Below are positions 1 through 8,434 of a stretch of 54,718 bases of DNA, piece by piece (the stretch's first letter is position 1; each line of letters opens with the position of its first letter). A program made the position numbers and the translations under genes. The DNA comes from a virus (taxonomy: Duplodnaviria > Caudoviricetes). The stretch is taken from positions 1 to 54,718 of IMG/VR virus record IMGVR_UViG_3300042535_000010; one strand, written 5' to 3'. The notes under the pieces were generated by a model that saw only the letters and a program-made list of their open reading frames with translations, searched no databases and was not told where the DNA came from.

Positions 1-185
1 TCGAGCGGTTGAAGGCTTCGCGCGCCGGATTTGAGGGCCGCCTTGCCGCAGCGCAGCTGGAGATCGAGCGGCTGAAGGCGGAGATCAAGCGCCCGGAGGC
101 GGAGCCTGCAGCAGCACACAACCCCTATGATCTATACGATCGTGCAGAGGATGGACGACGTATACCCCGCACAGGTGGCGAATGA
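1..185 (+). CDS. 3' end of coiled-coil EIERLK-repeat protein (partial; equivalent to end of 50637-51425)
   Basis: Same sequence as the last ~60 codons of 50637-51425; TGA at 183-185 overlaps next ATG. Confidence 0.8.
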   Translation, partial: ERLKASRAGFEGRLAAAQLEIERLKAEIKRPEAEPAAAHNPYDLYDRAEDGRRIPRTGGE

Positions 186-636
186 CCCTATTCGAAGCAA
201 TCAACTCACCCGGAACCGGCGCCAGCATGCGCCGCGCGCTCAAGGTCTTGGCCAAGGAGTGGCGGAGAAGGGGCGGGCCAGAAACGGACGACGTGCGGCT
301 TGCGTACTACACCTGTAACATGGATGACCAAGTGTACGACAGCTGCCGCACGGAGCGCCGTGCACGACTCGTCAAGTACATGCCCCCGAGCCTGCTCCAA
401 AGACAGCTCAAGAAGCTCGGCGCGTGCGAGGAGTCCATCGCCTGGGCGGGGCAGTTCTCGACTGCGCGCCAGGCCTGGGAGGCATGCGAGGACGAGTTCG
501 AGATGTTGTCGTGGCTGCTACGCTTCGGGGGCGTCCGGCTGCGCGAGGAGGGCTACTACGCGCTTAGGGGCACTTGCATCAACTCACCCGAGGCCTGCGC
601 GGCCATCCGCCGCGTGGTACCGTTCGAGCGCTTGAG
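1..636 (+). repeat. Imperfect direct repeat, copy A (copy B at 51241-51885)
   Basis: 1-127 identical to 51241-51367, mismatch at 128, identity again to 189, divergent middle block, then near-identity to ~636. Confidence 0.97.
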
Positions 637-658
637 GGGTTTGAGCCATGGTCGCTAA
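182..658 (+). CDS. Hypothetical protein, paralogue of 51422-51907
   Basis: ATGA-coupled; conserved N- and C-terminal blocks (LGACEESIAWAGQF...ACAAIRRVVPFERL). Confidence 0.8.
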   Translation: MTLFEAINSPGTGASMRRALKVLAKEWRRRGGPETDDVRLAYYTCNMDDQVYDSCRTERRARLVKYMPPSLLQRQLKKLGACEESIAWAGQFSTARQAWEACEDEFEMLSWLLRFGGVRLREEGYYALRGTCINSPEACAAIRRVVPFERLRGLSHGR

Positions 659-806
659 ATGCCCATTACATCCCAAGTACAAGGCGATTCTCAAGCCGAG
701 GTCGAAACGGCCGGGCTGTATCTGCCAGGCCATCTACGAGCGGAAACAGATGCGCCCTAATGGCGCCATCGGCGGCGCCAAGCTATCGAACGGGAGCAGA
801 CCATGA
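648..806 (+). CDS. Small hypothetical protein (MVAKCPLHPKY..., 52 aa)
   Basis: Hand-translated; overlaps previous stop and is ATGA-coupled to next ORF. Confidence 0.55.
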   Translation: MVAKCPLHPKYKAILKPRSKRPGCICQAIYERKQMRPNGAIGGAKLSNGSRP

Positions 807-967
807 CCACTTTTTCTACCAAAGCCGATATCCTGCGCGCGCTGGCGGATGGTAAGACTGTGGTGCGCGGGCACAAGGTCAAGCGCGCGGGCTACCCAGC
901 GGCGTTCGCCATGACCTCGTTCTCACACGCCGACTTCATCGCCAAGGATTGGTGCCATGCTGAGTGA
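803..967 (+). CDS. Small hypothetical protein (MTTFSTKADILRALADGK..., 54 aa)
   Basis: Hand-translated; GGAG upstream; ATGA overlap. Confidence 0.55.
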   Translation: MTTFSTKADILRALADGKTVVRGHKVKRAGYPAAFAMTSFSHADFIAKDWCHAE

Positions 968-1268
968 TATCGAATCCATCTGCATCCGCTCAAACGAGGC
1001 CTGGGTGCGATTCGGCTGCGGGCCGCTGTGGCTCCTGCTCTTAGGAGACGCCATGGGCAACATCGTGCTCGCGTGCCAGGAGGCCGCCTATGATTAGGGC
1101 CTGGCTATGGTCCTGGGGCGGGCTCCTGGTGCGCGGAGACGAGCACCTCTGGGTGCATGCGTCGGGGGTGATCATCGGGCACGGCTATCCCTCGGTGCCC
1201 GGAGAGGGCTACGTCGTGCCCGAGAGCGTCTGGCTTGACGTGCTGGGCCGAGCGAAGGAGGGTTGAGC

Positions 1269-1595
1269 ATGGAAGTACGACGACACAACAAGCGCTGGGA
1301 GGCCGGCATCTCAAGCCCCGCTAGGGACGGGGGCTACATCTGGATCACGTTCGGTAGCATGCGCAAGCCAACCAAGGCAGAGCTGGCCGAGGTCGAGACC
1401 CAGCTATGGGACCAGGTCTCGAGCGACTTCGAGGCCCAGATCCTGGAGCTGCAGAAGCGAGCGCAGGTATGGCGGGAGTCCAGACCTGACGCGTGCAGCG
1501 CGTGCGGAGGGACAGGCGCCATCAAGCACTACGTCAGGAGCCTGACCCAGGACCTGACGTGTCAGCGCTGCTGGGGGACGGGGCAGGCACCGTGA
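1269..1595 (+). CDS. Protein with DnaJ-type CxxCxGxG zinc finger
   Basis: CSACGGTG and CQRCWGTG motifs; AAGGAGG upstream of ATG 1269. Confidence 0.7.
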   Translation: MEVRRHNKRWEAGISSPARDGGYIWITFGSMRKPTKAELAEVETQLWDQVSSDFEAQILELQKRAQVWRESRPDACSACGGTGAIKHYVRSLTQDLTCQRCWGTGQAP

Positions 1596-1717
1596 TATGC
1601 CTCGATCTCGGAACGGGCCGGGGTCAAGGTCTGGCGCGTCAAATGACCATACATGTAGTGTCACGTCACGTAGGGCGATCTATGGCAACTCAGCACACAT
1701 CAACACACATACCGACC

Positions 1718-2143
1718 ATGACACCGTTCACTGTCACAGTCGATGCTGACGAGAAGAACCGGATCGCGGCCGCGACCTACTTCTTGACCGAGTACGAGGT
1801 CACGGGCTACATGGGCCCCTCGCAATGGGACGGGGGCACGCTCCATCTCCGGGGCTCGGCGGCGAGGGCGGAACTCGACCTAGCCCTAGCTTGGCCATTG
1901 ACCTACCCTCTGGCCGTCTACGGCACGCTCAAGAGCGGGGGCGAGAACCATCACCTGCTCGAGGGCCCGTGCCTTGGCGAGGCTACAGCGGGCGGCATGG
2001 TCGTGCTCGAGAACCATCTCTATACCGGGCTCGGCGCAGTGGCCCTCGAGCTCTACCCGTTCCAGGACCTGGACCTGTTCGAGGAAGGGTACACGCGCAC
2101 ACTCATACGTACATCTGCAGGCAGGGCCTGGGTCTACGTGTAA
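1718..2143 (+). CDS. Gamma-glutamylcyclotransferase (AIG2-like) family protein
   Basis: LAVYGTLKSGGENHHLL, LDLFEEGYTR and AWVY motifs; start uncertain. Confidence 0.75.
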   Translation: MTPFTVTVDADEKNRIAAATYFLTEYEVTGYMGPSQWDGGTLHLRGSAARAELDLALAWPLTYPLAVYGTLKSGGENHHLLEGPCLGEATAGGMVVLENHLYTGLGAVALELYPFQDLDLFEEGYTRTLIRTSAGRAWVYV

Positions 2144-2317
2144 GTCGCGGCGCCGGGCTCTACAGGGTCGCCACGGACGTGTAAGGCGCCAGACCCGCTG
2201 AGGTGCCTCGGCGCCGCGTTGACACATCTGACGCGAGGTCGCCGAAAAGGCAGGGAACGAGATCAAGGGGGAGGGTATAGTATGCCTATCACTACTTTCT
2301 CTCTCCCCTAGACTTTA

Positions 2318-2384
2318 GACCTATGTGTATATAGAGTAAAGGATGTATATGTGATTATGGTTTCAGGGGGTTACACGTTCCGGC
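2318..2384. repeat. AT-rich conserved 67-bp element, copy 1 (candidate origin/regulatory element)
   Basis: Ungapped 55/67 match to 26394-26460 by manual alignment; non-coding AT-rich gap. Confidence 0.85.
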
Positions 2385-2489
2385 TCACTCAAGGGCTATC
2401 TGTCAACCTGTAGACGCCAGGCCCGCCCTAGTGGGGCCACGCATCCCTAACCCTAGGTGTCGTTTCCTGTTACTATCAGCCGTTCACAG

Positions 2490-2504
2490 TGCTACACTAG
2501 GGAC
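2490..2504 (+). promoter_or_regulatory. Extended -10 leaderless promoter
   Basis: TGC-TACACT-N6-ATG(2505). Confidence 0.7.
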
Positions 2505-2855
2505 ATGAACGAGTTACTATCAACCGTTAGGGCCGCGATCAAGAACCTGCAGCAGCTCGAGGCCGCGCTGACGCAGCCCGTACTGGACCCGCTTCCTCTC
2601 CCTCTGTCGTCCGCCGCTGCCGCCTTGGTCGGGACAGAGATGCTAGCCCAGGCCATCTTGGCCCTCGACCCTCCCGACGTGCTGCGCATGCGGGAGCTAG
2701 CGGCACACATGGACCTGCCGCATCCCCAGTCGAGCCGAATGCTGGGCAAGGCACTACGCCGACTACAGTACGCGCGCGTGCACACAGGCGTTGAGCGTAT
2801 CTGGGTCCTACGCGGTGCACAGGTGTCCGAGCCTAAGCGCTGGGTCAGGGAGTAA
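2505..2855 (+). CDS. Stand-alone homologue of the primase-helicase C-terminal (winged-helix-like) domain
   Basis: SRMLGKALRRLQYARVHTGVERIWV vs ARKIGKVMSRLGWRRVHTGTARVWL at end of 26525-29041. Confidence 0.7.
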   Translation: MNELLSTVRAAIKNLQQLEAALTQPVLDPLPLPLSSAAAALVGTEMLAQAILALDPPDVLRMRELAAHMDLPHPQSSRMLGKALRRLQYARVHTGVERIWVLRGAQVSEPKRWVRE

Positions 2856-2866
2856 GGTCAGACGTG

Positions 2867-2881
2867 TGCTAGACTAGGCGC
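2867..2881 (+). promoter_or_regulatory. Extended -10 leaderless promoter of tape measure gene
   Basis: TGC-TAGACT-N6-ATG(2882). Confidence 0.75.
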
Positions 2882-4378
2882 ATGACCGTGATTTCCGAGC
2901 TCGTCTCGATTCTGACCCTGAAAACGGATAAGTCGAGTTTCAAGGAAGGTGAGACACAACTCACCAACTTTGCGCGCACGGCCCAAGCTGCGATCGGGTT
3001 CGACCTGTTCGGCAAGCTGAGCTCGAGTCTCCTGTCCTACGTGGAGCAGGCGGACCAGCTCGACGACACGTCCAAGGCCCTGGGCATCAGCGCGCAGCAG
3101 CTGCAGGCGCTCGGGTACGCGGCCAAGCTGAGCGGGTCCGACGTCAATGACATGATCGGGGCCTTGGGCCGGCTCAACAACGAGGTCGGCGCAGCGGCCG
3201 CGGGCGTGGGCGCGCAGACGGTCTTGTTCGCCAAGCTGGGCGTGGACGTATCCAAGGGCATGAAGCCCATGGCCGAGCTCCTGCCCGAGATCGCGGACGG
3301 GATCAGCAAGCTCCCGACGCACGCCGAGCGCGCGGCAGCGACCGTGCAGTTGTTCGGGCGCGGGGCTCGCGCCCTCGTCCCGTTCCTCGAGCAGGGGCGC
3401 GAGGGCATCAAGGCCCTGACCGACGAGTTCGAAGCGCTAGGCGGCGGCTTCACCGACGAGTTCATCGAGCGCGCGGCCAAGGTGCAGGACGAGCTCGATC
3501 GCGTGCACTACATTCAGCAGCGGGTCGCGAGCACGATGCTGTCCTCGGTCTTGCCGCCGTTCACGACCTTCCTGCAGGTGGCAGAGAAGGGCACGAACGC
3601 GACCATGAAGATGCTCGAGGGCACCGAGTTCCTGGGCGCTGCGCTCGCCACCACGACGGCGCTCGCGCTCGCTCAGGCCGCGGCCTTGGGCTTGTCCTCG
3701 AGCAAGGTCGGGCAGTTCATGCGGCTTGGCGCGGCCTTGGGCGTGGTCGCCCTGGCGGCAGACGACGTCAAGAGCTTCCTCGAGGGCGGGGACTCGGCCT
3801 TGGGCCAGATGCTGGAGCGCGCTGGTCTGATGAAGACTGCCATGGCCCTGGTCAAGGACGAGGTCGCGGGCCTGGACGAGCTCTTGAACCCCAAGAACAC
3901 GAACAAAAAGAGCTGGTTCGAGGATATCAAGGAGCAGAACATCGAGATCGGGCGCGCGATGCAGGAGCAGGTCAGGCTCCAGCGCGAGGTCGAGAAGCTG
4001 CGCGCGCAAGGCGGAGGCGCGGACTACTTCAAGGCTCTCAAGGCGCTAGAGGACGCGGACAAGCGCGTGCGCTACCTGCAGGCGAGCCCCGACGACAGGA
4101 ACGCGTTCACGGGCGACGCAGGGCGCCTGCAGCGCGCGAACAAGCGCGGGCTCGACGCCGAGGTGCAACAGCGCGTCTACGGGCGCGTGGGTGCGGACGT
4201 GCTACAGACCGAGGCCGGGGCAACCGGCGTGTCCTCGGTCCTGAACATGAACATCGAGAAGATCGAGGCCAATGACCCGGCCGACATGGCGCGGCAGATG
4301 AAGAACATCGCCAAGGACGCGCACGCTCAGCAGACCGAGGAGCTCCGGCGCGGGCTGGCGGGCAGGGTCAGGCCCTAG
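2882..4378 (+). CDS. Tail tape measure protein (short, 498 aa)
   Basis: N-terminal VISELVSILTL; Ala-rich helical TMP core (LGISAQQLQALGYAAKLSG, LFGRGARALVPFL); hydrophobic segment. Confidence 0.85.
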   Translation: MTVISELVSILTLKTDKSSFKEGETQLTNFARTAQAAIGFDLFGKLSSSLLSYVEQADQLDDTSKALGISAQQLQALGYAAKLSGSDVNDMIGALGRLNNEVGAAAAGVGAQTVLFAKLGVDVSKGMKPMAELLPEIADGISKLPTHAERAAATVQLFGRGARALVPFLEQGREGIKALTDEFEALGGGFTDEFIERAAKVQDELDRVHYIQQRVASTMLSSVLPPFTTFLQVAEKGTNATMKMLEGTEFLGAALATTTALALAQAAALGLSSSKVGQFMRLGAALGVVALAADDVKSFLEGGDSALGQMLERAGLMKTAMALVKDEVAGLDELLNPKNTNKKSWFEDIKEQNIEIGRAMQEQVRLQREVEKLRAQGGGADYFKALKALEDADKRVRYLQASPDDRNAFTGDAGRLQRANKRGLDAEVQQRVYGRVGADVLQTEAGATGVSSVLNMNIEKIEANDPADMARQMKNIAKDAHAQQTEELRRGLAGRVRP

Positions 4379-4644
4379 AGCGTGTCAATGCGAGCGCGCA
4401 CGTCCGAGATGAAAGCCTCAAAGGCGGCGTCGACCAGGTGTGCGCGTGTGGGCATGGCTGCCACCACGGCCGTGCTAGTAGTATAGCGCAGGGTCTCGTG
4501 AGCTAGCGCGCACGTGCCTGCGATCTTGGTCTTGATCCCGGCGAGCGCGAGAGGCGCAGCGGCCTTAGCCTCGGGCTTGGTCGAGCCTGTGTAGAGGGCC
4601 TGTGCGCAGCGCGTGAGGAGGGTCGAGTATTCGCCTGCGGTCAT
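4375..4644 (-). CDS. Hypothetical protein (MTAGEYSTLL...)
   Basis: Convergent with TMP; TGC-TACATC-N7-ATG upstream on minus strand. Confidence 0.55.
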   Translation of the reverse strand: MTAGEYSTLLTRCAQALYTGSTKPEAKAAAPLALAGIKTKIAGTCALAHETLRYTTSTAVVAAMPTRAHLVDAAFEAFISDVRARIDTL

Positions 4645-4728
4645 GTGCCTAGATGTAGCACAAACCTTGCAGAAGTGAAATGGCCTTTCGCCTTGCACAG
4701 GCAGCGCGAGCCGGGCCATGCTCTAGAC

Positions 4729-5220
4729 ATGATGTACTCACACGTTGACGCGCTCCTGGTTCGAACCACTCAGGCCGCGCGGCGTTTCTTCGGCTCGCGC
4801 GCGAACGCGCCCTGGAACGTGGTCAAGGCCGCGGATGCCCTCGGCAACCTGCGCCTGGCCCAGGACGAGGACCAGCACGATCGGAACTATGCGCGTGTGC
4901 AGGTGAAGCGCACGGACTTTGGGTTTCCGGGAGGCATGAAGTGCCCCGCCGAGAAGGGCGGCTCCTGCACCTGCTCTGGCGGCTGCGCGCGGGCTAAGTG
5001 GCCGAGTTGGTCAGGGCCGGGTCATGATCTGGGCATGCTGAAGCAAACACTGTGGCACCTGGCCCAATCCGCGATCGCGAGACGGGCGCGTAACCACGAG
5101 TGGACCCGGATCCATCTCGAGAGCGCGGGCCGCTGGGCGGCTTGGGAACTGAACCAAGACCCGACCCGAGACGTCACTGCAGAGCTGACCCGAGCATTCC
5201 AGAGGAGGATCGTCAAGTGA
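4729..5220 (+). CDS. Hypothetical Cys-containing protein; probable second in-frame start at 5035
   Basis: TTGCAC-N18-CATGCT-N6-ATG at 4729; CATGAT-CTGGGC-ATG at 5035. Confidence 0.55.
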   Translation: MMYSHVDALLVRTTQAARRFFGSRANAPWNVVKAADALGNLRLAQDEDQHDRNYARVQVKRTDFGFPGGMKCPAEKGGSCTCSGGCARAKWPSWSGPGHDLGMLKQTLWHLAQSAIARRARNHEWTRIHLESAGRWAAWELNQDPTRDVTAELTRAFQRRIVK

Positions 5221-5471
5221 AACACGCCGAGTTGATCGAGGACATGGTCACGGACGCGATCGAGTACTACTGGCCGGGCTGGAGCGACGCGCACGCCGAC
5301 GTGGCAGCCGCCGCCGAGGCGATCGGAAACATCGATCTGGCCGAGGATGAGGACGAGCGAGACTGGCGGATGTCGGCGTTCTGGGGCCTGCGCAGCGCCG
5401 TCGAACGCGCGCTCTGGTCCGAGCGCATAGGCTGCGCCGCGCCTTGCCCGGCCTGCGGCTACGTCACCTGA
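5217..5471 (+). CDS. Hypothetical acidic protein with C-terminal CxxC
   Basis: GTGA overlap with previous stop; GAGGAGG upstream. Confidence 0.55.
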   Translation: MKHAELIEDMVTDAIEYYWPGWSDAHADVAAAAEAIGNIDLAEDEDERDWRMSAFWGLRSAVERALWSERIGCAAPCPACGYVT

Positions 5472-5727
5472 CCGTGTACGGCGGCCCCTGACAAATCGAA
5501 GCCCTCGCCCTAAAGCCTGGCCGCGACCGTCCGTACTCCTGGGCATGTTCAAGCAGTCCACCACGAACACCGCCCTTGAGATCGCGCTCCTGGCCATTGC
5601 CGAGGGTGCGAGCCCGGAGATGGCCGAGATCGCGGCAGCGGACCGCGTCGCGCCCACGTTCGTGTCGGGCGAGGACTACCAGGGCGAGGATCTGTTCGGC
5701 GACCTGGCCGCGTGATATCCTGCCTAC

Positions 5728-5979
5728 ATGGCAGACTATTTCGTGTTCAACCGTACCAATCCCCAACCCAGCACACACCGGGCAGGCGTGCGCATCTCGA
5801 CCGGAGCCGCTGACGAGGTCTCGGACGTGGTCACCAAGTACGCCGCGACTCACCCCGTGGCTGCTGGCGACGTGCTCGAGGTCGTGAGCGCGGGCTCGTT
5901 CCAGGCGCGCACCGCCGCGGCAACGATCTCGTTCTCGCCCGCGAGCCCCGCTACCGTGCTCCCTCCCGTAGGCTCCTGA
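5728..5979 (+). CDS. Hypothetical protein, probably late/virion
   Basis: TGA-TATCCT-N6-ATG promoter motif; virion-like composition. Confidence 0.6.
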   Translation: MADYFVFNRTNPQPSTHRAGVRISTGAADEVSDVVTKYAATHPVAAGDVLEVVSAGSFQARTAAATISFSPASPATVLPPVGS

Positions 5980-6040
5980 CCCTGCCGCGCGCCTGGCCTT
6001 CCTGTGGCCCGGCTAAAGCGCGAGCATGCTACACTAGGCC

Positions 6041-6790
6041 ATGGCCACGAAGCTGACCTGGGGTAGTTTCTTTCTCACCTTTGATGCAGTCCTGCGCGAG
6101 GTGCATACACTGAACCAGGAAGTGACCGAGCATCCGGTAGAGCAGGGCGCCGCGCTTGTGGATCACATCCGGCCGCTTCCGCTCGAGATCGCGCTCGAGG
6201 GCGTGATCAGCAACTCGCCCGTGTACCTGCCCCTGGATCATGCCGACGGCGTGAGCTGGCAGGCGCGCGAGGTCGAGGTCGAGCCCCAGACTCTGGCGGA
6301 TATCGTCGCGCGCAACCGGGGCTCGGCCGGAGTGTCCGGGGCATTCAACCCGATCGCGTCCCAGCTCGCGGCCTCGGCGGCGCAGCTCATCACGATACCC
6401 GGTCCCAAGGGGCGCGTATACGGCCCGAGCCAGCCCCTACAGAGAGAGCAGGCGGTCTACGCGACCCTGTCCGACCTGCGAGGCAAGGGCGAGCTCCTGA
6501 CCCTGTACACCGGCCTGGCCACGATCGAGCGGCTCGCGCTCGCGAGCGTGACGTGCTCGCGCGACGCCAGCGGAGGACTGCAGATCCAGATGACCCTGCG
6601 GCAGGTGCGCCTGGCCACGGTCGACGCCTTGCCCGAGACCAAGCCCCTGGTGACGGTCAAGGCCGCGCCGAAGAAGCGCGTGGCGGCGACCGAGAAAGCG
6701 CCCGAGGCCACGAACCGGGCGAGCCTGGGCTTCAAGGTCGGGGACAAGGCCGGGGCCTGGTCGCACAAGGGCGAGCTGGTCACGGATTGA
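6041..6790 (+). CDS. Tail tube initiator / baseplate (Dit-like) protein
   Basis: FDAVLREVH...VTEHPVEQGAALVDH motif typical of the gene after TMP in this myovirus type; TGC-TACACT-N5-ATG. Confidence 0.8.
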   Translation: MATKLTWGSFFLTFDAVLREVHTLNQEVTEHPVEQGAALVDHIRPLPLEIALEGVISNSPVYLPLDHADGVSWQAREVEVEPQTLADIVARNRGSAGVSGAFNPIASQLAASAAQLITIPGPKGRVYGPSQPLQREQAVYATLSDLRGKGELLTLYTGLATIERLALASVTCSRDASGGLQIQMTLRQVRLATVDALPETKPLVTVKAAPKKRVAATEKAPEATNRASLGFKVGDKAGAWSHKGELVTD

Positions 6791-6851
6791 AGACGAGCCC
6801 AAGCCCGAGGGCAAGCTCAACCGCGGCGGTCAGGATTAGGATCGTGAGCAT
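6780..6851 (-). CDS. 23-aa hydrophobic peptide MLTILILTAAVELALGLGLVFNP
   Basis: Hand-translated; own TTGATC-N17-CACGAT-N6-ATG promoter. Confidence 0.5.
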   Translation of the reverse strand: MLTILILTAAVELALGLGLVFNP

Positions 6852-6865
6852 GCCCAGATCGTGAC

Positions 6866-6949
6866 CTAGAGCAGGGGCGCGATCAAGGCGTGCCAGAGAA
6901 TCACGGCGGCGACGTATGTGACGCACAGACCGAATACCAGCTTGTCCAT
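6866..6949 (-). CDS. 27-aa hydrophobic peptide MDKLVFGLCVTYVAAVILWHALIAPLL
   Basis: Hand-translated; own TTGCGC-N17-TATGGT-N6-ATG promoter. Confidence 0.55.
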   Translation of the reverse strand: MDKLVFGLCVTYVAAVILWHALIAPLL

Positions 6950-6983
6950 ACCCCGACCATACCCCGCGTGCTAGACTAGCGCA

Positions 6984-7319
6984 ATGGCCAAAACGTTCGA
7001 TCTGTACCCCGAGCCTACCCGGATCAGGATCCTGGCCGGCACGACGCTTCGGTTGAACTGTCGGCCTAAATACGATACGGGCGCACAGGTCGACCTGACC
7101 TCGGCCACGTTCGAGACCTCGATTTTCGCCCGGACCGGGACGGCCCCGGCCGTGACCACGTTCGCCACCTCGCTCCTGAGCGACGGTCGTGTGCAGCTCG
7201 CCCTCACCGCGGCCGAGACCGACTTGATCCCCGGCTCGTGGGGGATATCGGCCACGGCGACGATCGGCTCGGTCGTGTTCGCGCTCCTGCGCGGCGACCT
7301 GACAGTGGTGGAACCATGA
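6984..7319 (+). CDS. Virion beta-sandwich (BppU-like) fibre adaptor
   Basis: VDLTSATF...[14 protein letters not shown]...LLRGDLTV pattern; ATGA-coupled to collagen-like fibre; TGC-TAGACT-N6-ATG. Confidence 0.6.
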   Translation: MAKTFDLYPEPTRIRILAGTTLRLNCRPKYDTGAQVDLTSATFETSIFARTGTAPAVTTFATSLLSDGRVQLALTAAETDLIPGSWGISATATIGSVVFALLRGDLTVVEP

Positions 7320-8434
7320 GTGATATCGAGATCTTTACTACGCTCACGTCCGAGCTCTCGGTCGACGTCGCGCTCGGCGGCACGCCCGGGGCGACCGGGC
7401 CTCAGGGTCCGGCCGGTGCCGCAGGTGCGACTGGTGCTCAAGGCCCGCAGGGGGTTCAGGGCCCTGCGGGCGCGACCGGACCTCAGGGTCCTGCAGGTGC
7501 CGACGGTGCTGCGGGCGCGACCGGACCTCAGGGTCCTGCAGGTGCCGACGGTGCTGCGGGTGCGACAGGGCCGCAAGGGCCGACCGGCGCGACCGGACCT
7601 CAAGGCCCCGCAGGTGCCACCGGACCTCAAGGGCCGACCGGCGCGACCGGAGCCACAGGCGCGACAGGACCTGCGGGATCGTCCGGGAGCTCGAACGTCT
7701 ACCTAACCCCTCCTGTGGTCGCAGACTCTCTGGACGACGAGTTCACCGCGTACGCGGGTTGGACGATGTACGGACTGAACGATGCCTCCGTTCTGACCGA
7801 CGATGGGGACGGATCCACTAACCCGTGGACGTCGCCGGCCGCAGTGCACTTTCGACGCCGGACCCTCGATTCGCAACTGTTCCTGCAGTTTCCTAATGCG
7901 ACCAAGTCCTACATTTTGTACAAAGCTGTGACAGTGGCGGATACCTCCCTGTTCTGGCTACGCTGTGCGGTATCTGCGCAGTGGGATAATAACGCCTCCG
8001 GCAACTCAGTGGATGTAGGGTTCGGTCTGTGGAAGGACAACGGATCTGGGCTTCCGGCCAGCGCCGACGCACTTGTGGTGGAGTGGCGCAACCTATCAAG
8101 CACAGGCCGACAGATCGGGCTAATGGAACCACCTGGAAGCACTCGCGTGCAGTCCGGTCAGGCGCTGCAGAAAGGTGTGTCAGCCCCTGACATCGGCGGA
8201 TTTTTCGTCTCGACGGCCGGTGTCACTGGCGGGGCCAACTCGGTCTGGCGCCCGTTCTTTCATTCCTCGCACACCGGAGAGACGTGGCACGTCAGCGGCG
8301 CAGCGCGCAGCGTGACCGGATACACGCGAGTGTGGCTGGTCCTGCGCTTCGACTGCACCGTCGCACAAATCTCGCCTATCGTCACGATCGACTTCGTTAG
8401 ACGCAAGGTCGGCGCGTCGGCGTGGATTGTCTAG
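7316..8434 (+). CDS. Collagen-like fibre protein with beta-rich C-terminal domain
   Basis: About 30 Gly-X-Y triplets ([15 protein letters not shown]...); start MSDIEIF at 7316. Confidence 0.85.
   Translation: MSDIEIFTTLTSELSVDVALGGTPGATGPQGPAGAAGATGAQGPQGVQGPAGATGPQGPAGADGAAGATGPQGPAGADGAAGATGPQGPTGATGPQGPAGATGPQGPTGATGATGATGPAGSSGSSNVYLTPPVVADSLDDEFTAYAGWTMYGLNDASVLTDDGDGSTNPWTSPAAVHFRRRTLDSQLFLQFPNATKSYILYKAVTVADTSLFWLRCAVSAQWDNNASGNSVDVGFGLWKDNGSGLPASADALVVEWRNLSSTGRQIGLMEPPGSTRVQSGQALQKGVSAPDIGGFFVSTAGVTGGANSVWRPFFHSSHTGETWHVSGAARSVTGYTRVWLVLRFDCTVAQISPIVTIDFVRRKVGASAWIV
7378..7690 (+). repeat. Collagen-encoding tandem repeats
   Basis: Recurrent GGCGCGACCGGACCTCA(A/G)GG units. Confidence 0.9.

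Noticed and set aside
182-658. Diversity-generating retroelement TR/VR pair with 51422-51907
   Set aside because: Differences are not adenine-specific, include a length change, both copies are coding, and no reverse transcriptase is present
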